Part shown: positions 52,733 to 64,000 of the stretch, one piece after another
Position numbering within the stretch: position 1 is the first letter of the stretch
Layout: each line of letters begins with the position of its first letter
Assembly (NCBI RefSeq): GCF_001194135.2
Contig: NC_068983.1
Span: 22,419,327 to 22,483,326 of the forward strand
Length of the DNA stretch: 64,000 bases
Source of the DNA: Octopus bimaculoides
Lineage: Eukaryota
Reading direction: 5' to 3'
The notes under the pieces: model-generated
Seen by the model: only the letters and a program-made list of their open reading frames with translations
Told to the model about the DNA's origin: nothing
Database searches by the model: none
Translations under genes and position numbers: made by a program

Positions 52733-53049
52733 ATAAAAACAAATAGTAAATGAGTATATGCATATATACGTACAGGTATGTGCATACCGACATCCACCTG
52801 TATGTATAGGTGCATATCTGCGTACAGGACATTGCAAACAAAACGTAGACAAGAAAACACACAAGCCACATAGAGAACATTTTCCTTCATCAGCTACCCC
52901 CATTTTAACTCCGGCGTTTCGAAGAGCTGGGTAGGACGCATCGTTAAAACGGCTCCTCCCATGGACCGCAAATTAAATTTGTATACACAAATTAAACCTT
53001 GCCATGGAGGAATGTAGTGGCGGACAAAAAACAAGACAGGAAAACAAAT
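52733..53049 (-). mobile_element. Unclassified CpG-rich element (Penelope-like or retrozyme-like?) running into a gap
   Basis: Complex, CpG-retaining sequence with sharp borders, unlike its flanks; carries the hammerhead core motifs and a long hairpin. Confidence 0.55.
52887..52958 (-). ncRNA. Candidate hammerhead ribozyme with non-circularly permuted (pseudoknotted) topology
   Basis: 5'-GAGGAGC CGUUUUAAC GAU GCG UC^ CUACCC A GCUCUUC GAAA CGC CGGA GUUAAAAUG G GGGUAG CUGAUGA-3'; full core plus P1 6 bp, P2 7 bp, P3 4 bp + 9 bp. Confidence 0.72.
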
Positions 53050-53770
53050 NNNNNNNNNNNNNNNNNNNNNNNNNNNNNNNNNNNNNNNNNNNNNNNNNNN
53101 NNNNNNNNNNNNNNNNNNNNNNNNNNNNNNNNNNNNNNNNNNNNNNNNNNNNNNNNNNNNNNNNNNNNNNNNNNNNNNNNNNNNNNNNNNNNNNNNNNNN
53201 NNNNNNNNNNNNNNNNNNNNNNNNNNNNNNNNNNNNNNNNNNNNNNNNNNNNNNNNNNNNNNNNNNNNNNNNNNNNNNNNNNNNNNNNNNNNNNNATATG
53301 TATGTATGTATGTGTTTATGCCCCCACCATTGAGTGACAACTGATATTGGTGTGTTTATGTCCCTGTAGCTTAGCGGTTCGGCAACAGGAACCGATAGAA
53401 TAAGTACTAGGATAAGTCCTAGGGTCGATTTGTTCGCCTGACTAAAGGCGGTGCTCCAGCATGGCCACAGTCAAATGACTGAAACAAAAGAATTAAAGAA
53501 TAAGTCAGCAGAAGGAAACTTTGAAACTTCAACTGTTTAACTAAAATGTCCAAAGCTGAAGTAGCCAACAAAACACTGACCTATTTAACAATGAGCAGCT
53601 GGTAGGGCAAGTCAACTGAATACACACACACACAATCTGTCCACACATACATATATACACATTGCATGCATACATACACACACACACTCTCCCACAGCTT
53701 TGACAGAAAGAAAATAAAACAAAAATCTCTTGACATTTAACTACTATTGAAACAGTTTAAACAGCAGTAA

Positions 53771-53802
<32 letters not shown>

Positions 53803-54173
53803 ACAAGTACATCCACAAAGAAGGCCTGTATGTGATCACTTGTATTGTGAGAAATAGCAGTTAAATATGTCTCAATTCTAGTCCTAAAAATAGAAAAGAC
53901 GCATACAATAAGAATACTGTTAAAAGCAAAAACAAAAAAAAGTTTGTCATAGCATGAATTCCTTTGAGTTTAGTGGCCTAAGGCTAAACTACAAGTACTA
54001 TGAAGAAAGAACTATGCTTCACTCGCTAAAAATAACAGTCTATACTCCCTCAAACCACATCCATTCATTGCATATTGAGAACTACATTGCACTGTCTGAA
54101 ATTAAGATAGCTGGTCAATCCTAGAATGCTTTTGATTACAGGTCTACTAAACCAAACCTAACTGGGATCTTAA

Positions 54174-54393
54174 CCCTTTAGTGTTCAGATTAATTTGTCA
54201 AAAGTAATCCTTATTTATTCACATTTCAAAAAATTTATCTGATATTATTTTGTAGCTTCAAGATAGGAAAGATGTAATTGCTTATTTTTAGAATGACATT
54301 GCAGGGAAGGTGTGAGAGGCTGGTTCTGGCCAGTTTGAGCATAAAATGTGTTGAATATTTGGGCCGGATACAGCCAGTTTAAACACTAAAGGG
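54174..54393 (+). mobile_element. piggyBac-type MITE D1 with TTAA duplication
   Basis: ttaa(54170-73)-ccctttagtg...cactaaaggg-ttaa(54394-97). Confidence 0.88.
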
Positions 54394-54464
54394 TTAAACT
54401 AAGATTTAGATACTCTAACTCCCTTAAGAAATTGGTAAATGGTCTGAAGGAACCACTGGATTTA

Positions 54465-54835
<371 letters not shown>

Positions 54836-56361
54836 TGAAAGTGAATGTGAGGGATCTAATGGTAACATGGAGTGAGTGGTAAAGAAGTTTGAGGGAGCCA
54901 TCTGTAACACATTGGAACACATGGATATAGAGGAAGCATTTGAATTAACATGCTGAAGCAGACGGATATAGTATGAGGGTTGTAACTGTATAGTATTTAG
55001 TTACAACTCTTTATGCTTTAACTTGAAACTCTACAAGAATTAACCTGCACTTTTCATCTTTTCAGAAACGCTAAACACTGAGCAAGCACTGGAGGTCATT
55101 GTGGCACTCTGCCAACATGAGTTCAATACCACCAGCATTGAAGCACACAATTCATTGATACAGAATTAAAATAAATACCTTGCAGATACTATGATAACAA
55201 TTGTGACCACCTCTGCTTTTGGGATAAATTATATTATATTACTCTCCACACATTTCAGCTCTTTGTAAGTTTAATATAAAATATACAAAAAAAAAAAAGT
55301 TACTTTCTTTTCTGTTGGAATATGATTACACTGCAAGCGAGACATTAAATCTTCTCACGCAAGTAATCAAGATTTTGAACAGCAGGTGTATTTATTCCTT
55401 TACCAAGCTATGGAATGGGTGCCATTTTTATTTTCGTTCTTAGAATCATAATTTTGTGAGAACACCAAAGTACTGAGCATTCCCATTAAGCCTAAATAAA
55501 AGAATTCTCTTCACAATAAAATTCTGACATATCATTGAGTAGTACCAATCAGCACTGCCTGATGAAACTATAGAATACTGCTAACTGAACAAATATTTCT
55601 CAGCAGTAGTCCTATAGATCAAACATTTAAGATGTGCTTATGGATTGAATTTTATTGTCATATTTCAACTGGCAATCAAGCTGTGACTATCTGGTTTTTG
55701 CTTTGGGCACACCATAGATTTTAGAACAGAAGCACTAGATTTGCTTATTTGAAATGGTCAGAGATAATTTGGGTATCACATGGTTCTACAGGCTTTCTGT
55801 TTGAATGTCTTCTTTTTCTACATCCACCACACTTATTTCATATTTCATTTTTAATTCATTTCAAAAGTTTTACTAACTGTCTCCCACCCAGCTTAAAAGC
55901 TTCAATTAATTTTTGTGCATGTGTGTGTGTCAATATTCCTCTATCTCTGATCTACATTACTGGATGTTGGTTAGCTCTTAGCTTCAGCTTGAGGAGCAAG
56001 ACTAATGTTACAGGAGAAAACTGTCAATAAACAAAGCAGTCAAGCAACATTCCAAGGTGTGGCTAAAGTAAGTAGCTGTGAGATAAATCTCTCATTTCGT
56101 ATAGGATGCTGATACATCGGATAACTGGATAACTGCTCTCTGAGAAGAATTCAAACACAAATACTACTGCAAGCCAATAAATCAATTTCAGTGTTGTTGT
56201 TGTTGTTGTTGTTAGACATGATGTTCTAGGATTTAGGACTCAGAAAACAGGTAGTATCCCCCACTCTTTTTTTTTTTTTTTTTTAAGATTATAAAGGCAT
56301 TGGCAGAGATTTAGCTGCGATGTTAAACTGATCAAGCAATTGCATATATGCAACCATACCA

Positions 56362-56730
56362 GGCACAGACGTGACTGTTTGGTAAGAAGTTTGCTTCCCA
56401 TCATCATAGTTCCCAGTTCAGTTCCACTGTGTGGCACCATCAGCAAGTGTCTCTTTACAACTATAGCCTCAAGCCAACCAAAGACTTGTGAGTGAATTTG
56501 GTAGACAAACACTAAAGGAAGCTTGTTGTGTGTGTGTGTTCCACACCACCACTTGACAACCCGTGTTGGTATGTTTACATCTCTGTAACTTAGCAGCTCA
56601 GCAAAAGATACTGATAAAATAAGCACCAGACTTAAAAAATAAATACTGGGGTCAATTCATTTGGCTAAAACTTTTCAAGGCAGTGCCCCAGCATGGTCAC
56701 AGTCTAACGATTGAAACAAGTATTAAAAAA
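56362..56730 (+). mobile_element. Older SINE A copy
   Basis: Degenerate but complete head to tail. Confidence 0.8.
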
Positions 56731-56749
56731 AAACAGCTTTCCAATATTA

Positions 56750-57125
56750 TCTTTCACTTGCTTCAGTCATTGGACTACGGTCAAGCTGGGGCACCACCTT
56801 GAAAGGTTTAGGCAAACAAATCAACACCAATACTTACATTTTTAGTCCAGTATTTATTCTATCAGTCTCTCTTTGCCAAACTACAACATTGCAGGGATAT
56901 AAACAAACCAATACCAGTTGTCAAGAGATTGTGGGTGACAAACACAAACATTAAGACACACATACACACACATCTAATATACACAACAGCTTCTTTCAGT
57001 TTGTCTACCAAATCCACACACAAGTCTTTTTGGTCAGTCAAGGCCTTATAATAGAAGATACTCACCCAAAATACCATGTAGAAGGACTGAACCTGGAACC
57101 AATGTAGTGCGGTTGGGAAGCCAAC
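56750..57125 (-). mobile_element. Older SINE A copy, tail-to-tail with the previous one
   Basis: Reverse-complement tail, CA microsatellite and head. Confidence 0.78.
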
Positions 57126-58749
57126 TGAACACCATATTAAATATTGCAAATGTTGTAATGGATGCAACTGCTAAGAAAACTAGGGAGACGGCAACCTCCA
57201 TTCAATCAAAGAAAAAACATTATTAGTATCATATGGGAAATGGTTCAATTAACTATAATCTCCTTAGAAAATTTCACTTAGTGCTTCTTCAAAAGATATC
57301 AATAATTATACTAACTGAATTTTTAGCCTTTGCAACATATGTTTCTTGACAGAGAAAGCAATGCCCCCCCCCCCACTCTCTCTCGTCTCTCTAGCTAGCT
57401 AGCTCTCTGTCGCTCTCTTTCCACTATCTTTTGATGGCAGTTAAAAGTCTTTTATTAAAGACATGACACATCTTCAGCATGTAACAATAACCAAAATCCA
57501 TGCAAAATTAAACAGTCAACTTAAGCATTTTTTTTTTTTTTCTTTTCAAGAGTTTCTTATTTTTCCATGCTAGTATTGATTTTAGATAGTTGAATTGTTT
57601 AAAGCAGGTGTTTAACAGTCACATACCCAACCCACACAATGATGAAGAGAAGAAGCACAATCTAAATGACTAGATATGCTTTGCTTACTTACACCTGCAA
57701 TATAATGTCTGGTCTAAGATTTGAACCTCTGAACTTACAACGGTTAAATAAATCCTGAAGTAGACACATTAGTGTTAATACATTTAATGCATAGACCATT
57801 AAAAAAACGATAACTTAAAAAGAAACATGCATGCAGTTACACCAGGTCTCTCTAATGATTAATGATTTTACATGTTCCATCTGTGATCAAAAGCTGTATA
57901 TAACTAAGGAGTTAGATGTAGTTATCAAAAGATTCACAAATGAAGATGTTCATCAAAAGATAGAATAGACAAGCATAAGCAAGAATTTATATATATATAT
58001 ATATATATATACTGAAGGATGCCCCTCATGCGTGTGTGTGTTACAGTCACATTGCCATGATATCATGTGATAGTTGTAAACAAATTTTGCTGTCACATAA
58101 GTGGTATCTATTTCCAATCTTCTGTGAAAACAGATCTGACTTTACTTGAAAAAAAGTGAAGGTTGCTAACAGAGAGGGCATCCAACTGTAGAGAAACCAC
58201 CCCCAACAAATTCTGTCTGACCCATGCAAGCATGGAAACATAGATAATAAAATTATTATATATGGATGTCTGCAGATATTTTTCTAACTGGTTAAAGCCA
58301 CTGTTTTATGAAATTGTTTGGATTTTGTAATCTTAATGAACTTTTAATATATACATATTATTATTAGAGACAACTTGGAATGTGTTTTTCTTATTCTGGT
58401 CCCACTAGTGAAACTTAACCCTCACCGGGTAATCAAAGCTGCTGAATACAGAGGCTCCATTCAGTAGCAAAGATGATCTACATTTAAGATATATTAACCT
58501 TAAAACAATTCTTTTATTCCACACCAAATAAGACAATTTGCTATGTTAACAACAGATGTCTCATCAGAAGTTTTTAGTACAGGTTAGTACAATCAATACA
58601 AGTCTCATTACTAAAATAGACTCATACTCAAATACACTAAAATTACATTGGTAATATTCCAATTGGACAACAGCAAAATAGGGTTAAAAGTAACAGTTCC
58701 AAATTAAAATGCAGTTCAGGGATGTAGTTAGGGTTATTTGAAAGTTTAG

Positions 58750-59185
58750 CCCTTTAGCATTCCAATTACTCTGTCAAATGTTATGATTATTTATGCAGAT
58801 TCTTCTGAATTAATCATGCATTATCTTTTAGCTTTGAGATTTCAATGATGAGATTGTTTATTTTTAGAATGATGAGCGTAGCCGTTGCCAGTACCTCCTG
58901 ACTGGCCTTCGTGCCGGTGGCACGTAAAAGCACCCACTACACTCTCTGAGTGGTTGGCGTTAGGAAGGGCATCCAGCTGTAGAAACTCTGCCAAATTAGA
59001 CTGGAGCCTGGTGCAGCCATCTGGTTCACCAGTCCTCAGTTAAATCGTCCAACCCATGCTAGCATGGAAAGCGGACGTTAAACGATGATGATGATGATGA
59101 TGATGATGATTGTAAGGTAAGTGTCAGAGGCTGGATCTGGCCAGTTTGAAAATAAAACAGGTAAAATATTTGGGTTAGATATGGG
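58750..59185 (+). mobile_element. piggyBac-type MITE D1 split by a young RTE family C 3' end (58874-59109)
   Basis: D1 left half ends at gaatga and resumes after the (GAT)n tail with tgtaaggtaagtgtcagaggctggatctgg. Confidence 0.82.
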
Positions 59186-61062
59186 TGGTAGGGCAACTGA
59201 AGACTATATGCAGGTAAACACAGTATAGTAGAAACACACAAAGCACAGAATAGTAGAAAAGTATGTATGTAGGACAAGATGAGATGGTGACAATTGATCT
59301 TCCAATCAAACCTAGGAAGCTATGCTTCTGTTGGTTTTTCTAAATATTGATATTATATATTGGTCATGACACCTAACAGAAATGTTACTATTTTCTGGTG
59401 ACATAAAAAGCACCCAGTGCACTCTGTAGAGTGGCTGGCATTAGGAAAGGAATCCAACCATAGAAACTAAGCCAAAACAGACTATGGAACCAGGTACAGC
59501 CCCAAGTTCCTATCAATTTGTCTGACCCTTACCAGCATAAAAAAAAAGATGTTAAATGCTGATGACGATGATGATAATTGATGAGGGCATTTGAGTAAAC
59601 ACCATAAGGCATCTTATCCAAATGCTGATCCCTCTGCTCTGAACTGGCTCCCATTTTTTCTTTTTTTCCTTTTTTATTATCAACCTTGAAATAATGTAAG
59701 GCAAAGCTGACCTCAGCAAGATTTGAACACGGTGCACAAAGAGTCGGAACAAATAATGTGAAGCAAGCTGTCCAACATTCTAATGACTCAGCCAATTTGA
59801 CACCTATGATGACAAAGACACAAATACAATATGGTTAATCATGTGGAAAAAAAAAACATCTGAGATGTCACCCACTCAGATATTTGAAATTAAAAGCCAG
59901 GAGTCAATATAAACCAAGTAAAAGCTGTTACTCATATATCAAACTATGTTCTTAATGCCAGACAGGAACAGTTATCATCAACTAAGTAACTTTGAACTGA
60001 ATGACCAGATAGGTAGCAATTTTAGTACATATATAATCATAAAATTACACTGTATTTCAATTGGGTGTAAGGTTTTGTGTCTAATTATTTCATTTCATTT
60101 CATTTCACAAGCCAATGTCACAAGGTTAACAGAGTAACATTAGCATTATTTAGTTGGTGAATGTTGCAGAATAAAGTTTAGCTCCTGGCAAGTCAAGCAT
60201 AAGACCCAGATTTGATTGCTTGCTGAGACAATTTAACCTTCCTTCTGTTAATAAAGTTTCAGAAGAATGCCACCTCCAAATAAATCTACAGTCTTAATTT
60301 CCATTTGCCACTTCAAATATATTTGCAGTCTTACACACAGAAAACACTGTTCAGTTTCATAAAACTGAGTCACATGAAGATAATGCCAACACACACATGC
60401 TTATGGTTATCCGCTGAACCCATTGAAGAGTATCTCCATTTGTGGGGGGTTTTTTACAACAGTATATACAAATCCTTAATGTATAGTTTCAATCACAAAT
60501 GGGACATGTAAATATTTGGTTGGACAGGCTGGGTATAATACTTGCACACCTCTTCTGTATGAAAACACACACAACATCTCCATCATCATTTTCACATCCT
60601 CTTTTCCATGCTTGCATGGATGGATCAGGTAAAGTTTATTAAAGCAGGCTTTCTACAACTGGATGCCCTTCCTGTTGCCAACCCTCACTCATTCCAAACA
60701 AGGTAATATTTCCCCGATGGCCAGACATTTTGTCATGGAATACTGGAAATGAATTACATTGTTTGTATGACAGTGAAATTCATTTACAACTATCGCATGA
60801 CATCAAGACAAGGAGACAAACACACACATATACAACAAGCGTCTTTTAGTTCCCATCTATTAAAAAAAGGCTTTATTCAGCTATACTAAAAGACACTTGC
60901 CCAAGGCGCCACGCAATTGGACTGAACATGAAACCAAGTGGTAACGAAGAAAATTTCTCAACCAGAGAGAGAGAGAGAGAAAGAGTTTTGCTCATATTTT
61001 CCTTGCTGTTTCTTTCTGTTCCTACATATATATATCATCATTTAACATCCGCCTTTCATATT

Positions 61063-61395
61063 GGCCCACATGCTGGTGGCACGTAAAAGCACCCACTACA
61101 CTCTGAGAGTGTTTGGCATTAGGAAGGGCATCCAGCTGTAGAAACTCTGCCAAATCAGATTGGAGCCTGGTGTAGCCATCTGGTTCACCAGTCCTCAGTC
61201 AAATCGTCCAACCCATACTAGCATGGAAAGCGGACGTTAAACGATGATGATGATAATATATATATAGATATATATATATATCTGCCAAATCAGATTGGAG
61301 CCTGGTGTAGCCATCTGGTTTTACCAGTCCTCAGTCAAATCGTCCAACCCATGCTAGTATGGAAAGCGGCCGTTAAACGATAATGATGATGATAT
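61063..61395 (+). mobile_element. Two tandem RTE family C 3' ends; the second is shorter and sits in the tail of the first
   Basis: ctgccaaatcagattggagcc...ttaaacgat(gat)n occurs at ~61146-61255 and ~61281-61395. Confidence 0.85.
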
Positions 61396-62169
61396 ATACA
61401 GGCAAACAAATACAAATAATCAGTGTTTTCTAGTAGTCATTCAAACGTTTTCATAGAGGCATAAGTCAAGCAGGTCTGCAATAAATTCTCTCTCTCCCAC
61501 ACATCGAAATCATGTCATCTGTTGTAACACACAGTATTTCAGGTCTGATCTAACTACTACTCACCAAGACATGCACAAAAATCCTTCCTTTTGCTCTATC
61601 TACAGTTCATCATCCATGACCCTCTCACCAGACAATCTTCCTCATGTTCAGAGTAATTAATTATACAACACTATATATAAGACTAGTGGGTACCCATGGA
61701 AAATCCCTGGGTGATAAATGTTCACTTTTACAGTTAATTACTTGCAGCTAATTACATTTAGAGGGATTTGACTGAATAAAATATATGTTCCTCTTCATCA
61801 TTTAATACATAATACACACACAATTTATACATGGTCAGCTGAACTTATAACATACATTTTACTAGTCTTATAATTTCATTAAATCAAAATTACAGAGATG
61901 GTAGCAACTAATTGCCTCTGATGCACATGTCAGTGTGATGAACAAACAAAGGGAGACACACTGCATATTATAATAGTTGAAAGGGTTAGGGTGAACATCA
62001 ATAAATCCAAGCATCCAGAGAAATGCCTTCATAAGCACCACTCAAAGCAACCTCAATGCCTACCTCAGAGGTGGGAAATGCTACTCTAATTTCAGAGACT
62101 ACATGGTCACTTGACTTGCTAGAAATAGCAAACAAACTTCCTCTGAATCATATACTATATTATCTTATG

Positions 62170-62440
62170 AAGGCACATAACCTAATGGTTAGGCTGTTGC
62201 ACTCATGATCATCAGATCATGGGTTTGATTCCTTGATTGGGCAGCACATTGTGTTCTTAAGCAAAACACTACATTTCACGTTGCTCCAGTCCCCCTTTTC
62301 GATCAGGATGGAATATTGGCCTGCTCGCCTAGCCAGTGGGGTAGTGTCATTGGAAAGCCAAAACAATGCAAAATGCATCGTGACCAGCAATGTGTAAGAA
62401 CATCTGATAACCTGGTCAGTCACATGGTTACGTGATTATC
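62170..62440 (+). mobile_element. Old tRNA-derived CORE-like SINE
   Basis: aacctaatggttagg...gggtttgattcc head followed by attgtgttcttaagcaaaacact...gttgctccagtcc. Confidence 0.62.
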
Positions 62441-63641
62441 TTATAAAAGAATGAACATATCAAACATACACCTTGATACACTATATCTGAAACAAAAGGC
62501 TAGAACACCTGTGAATGCAAAGTCTATTTTTGCATCTAAGAGTCTATTTGTGATGCTTAAAACATTTTTTTTCCCCACCTCAAAATAATCAATGTAAAAA
62601 TGTTCTATTGAAAAATTGCAAACCAATCATAATACAGTCAGAAGCCAAACAACAACACTGTGGCACAGATTCTTTCATTTTCAGCCAGCACATCATTCAA
62701 TGTCACTACATATCCACAACTGTGTCGTCATTACTCCAATATTGCATTCCTCTAGAATTTCTTTTCTCACACATTAACTTTCTAATAGCAGTTTAAACTG
62801 AACATCAACAGCGCTAATCTTAAACAATGTACAAAAAGGTTATGTGCACTGCCCCGCCTACATTGACTAATTAATACACACATGCACACACACACACGCA
62901 CAACCTTCACTATACTAGATCTTTAAAGTTAACATTGTACATTCAAGCAACTCTTTATAATCTTGCATTTCTTATGGAGAAAGTCTGCCATTCGTACAAA
63001 GAGAGAGAAGCTTTTTGTAGTCAATAGAAATAGCAATTCTCTAAATTCTTTGCATCTTTGAACTCTTTCTCCATTATGCTATCACCAACTTCAATGCCTC
63101 AAAGGTTTTCAGCAGGAGTTTGGCTTTGCCTTTCATCACATCAAGAAAACATTAGCACTGTCAAATAAGTCAACTATTTTTCTCCCGCTACCTTGCAAAT
63201 ACAACAATTGTGTCTAAGAAACAACAAATCAATGCTATCATGCTCAGATTTTACATATGTGCTTACTAAAAATGAAAAGAAATAATAATAATAATAAAAA
63301 AAAAAACAAGCATTAAATATATACTAACTACTCCATCTCTATTCTGTGTGAAGTGTTTTGGAAACTGTTTGTTTGAATACTCTCAGAAGATTATTCCAAT
63401 TCTCCAATAATCTATTTTGAAGAGATTCCTGCCATTAATTTACTAAATGGTTAAATTTTCTGACAAACAAACAAACAAACACACCAACTCCCAGTAATTA
63501 TCTACACGTGTATTAGAATGTAACAAACAACATTGATACCTGAGAATCCTTTCCCTTCACTATGGAACTTGTGATTTAGATTACCTGTATTAATTGCTCC
63601 AATAAAACCCTATTATTATTACATCACTTGATGATCCTTAA

Positions 63642-63862
63642 GCCTTTAGGTACGAACCCACCTGAAACTGCTCCCAGACCTGTGATACAAACTGCCTGTT
63701 TTAAAATGATCTAAACCAAAAACCTATTATAATTTAATACGAATTCATGTGCTAAACATCAGCTTAATAAGAACAAAAGTTATTTTAATAAATTCTTTAT
63801 TATTTTCAAAACTAATTGAAACAAAAGCAGTGTATTTCAAAAGAAATATAGTAACAAAAGGG
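63642..63862 (+). mobile_element. piggyBac-type MITE family D2 with TTAA duplication
   Basis: ttaa(63638-41)-gcctttaggtac...gtaacaaaaggg-ttaa(63863-66). Confidence 0.78.
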
Positions 63863-64000
63863 TTAAAATGAATTCAAAATCAAACTTCTTTCATGAAAAC
63901 ACAGACATGAACGACAAAGCATTTGAGAAGACAATAGGTGCAAGTATGGCTCTGTGGTTACAAAGTTTGCTCCTTAACCACATAGTTTCAGGTTCAATCC

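Larger units (their letters stand above)
52535..53500 (+). mobile_element. SINE A split in its central microsatellite (5' half 52535-52695, 3' half 53296-53500) by the ribozyme-bearing element and a gap
   Basis: Head and tail are in the correct order and orientation; that both halves belong to one copy is an inference across the gap. Confidence 0.65.

Noticed and set aside
62940-63200. Minus-strand peptide scraps (MKGKAKLLLKTFEAL, EVGDSIMEKEFKDAKNLE) reminiscent of a transposase
   Set aside because: Several frameshifts are needed and no diagnostic motif is intact; cannot be supported without a search
63260-63290. polyY-AG overlapping GTAAGC (shared G), similar to the 43317 site
   Set aside because: No usable downstream donor to define an exon; probably chance in AT-rich DNA

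Overview
AT-rich, repeat-dense animal genomic DNA with eight N gaps. It is most likely a coleoid cephalopod (Octopus); this rests on my recognition of the SINE families and is unverified. No intact protein-coding gene, tRNA or rRNA is supportable: nearly all listed ORFs come from microsatellites, gaps or SINEs. The window holds several tRNA-derived SINE families (my labels A, B1/B2 and CORE-like), 3' ends of three RTE LINE lineages, an R4/Dong-type RLE LINE fragment in TAA arrays, a decayed hAT/Buster transposase, a Buster MITE with a perfect 8-bp TSD, two piggyBac-type TTAA MITE families and a 29-33 bp minisatellite with a 129-bp higher-order repeat. Plus-strand A/C skew suggests a very large intron of a minus-strand gene, with several weak microexon/exon candidates. 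The strongest finding is at 52887-52958 (minus): a complete hammerhead ribozyme catalytic core (CUGAUGA, GAAA, GUC) with all three stems formable, but in a non-circularly permuted, triple-pseudoknotted order, inside an unclassified retroelement-like repeat. Repeat boundaries are read by eye and approximate unless a TSD is given.
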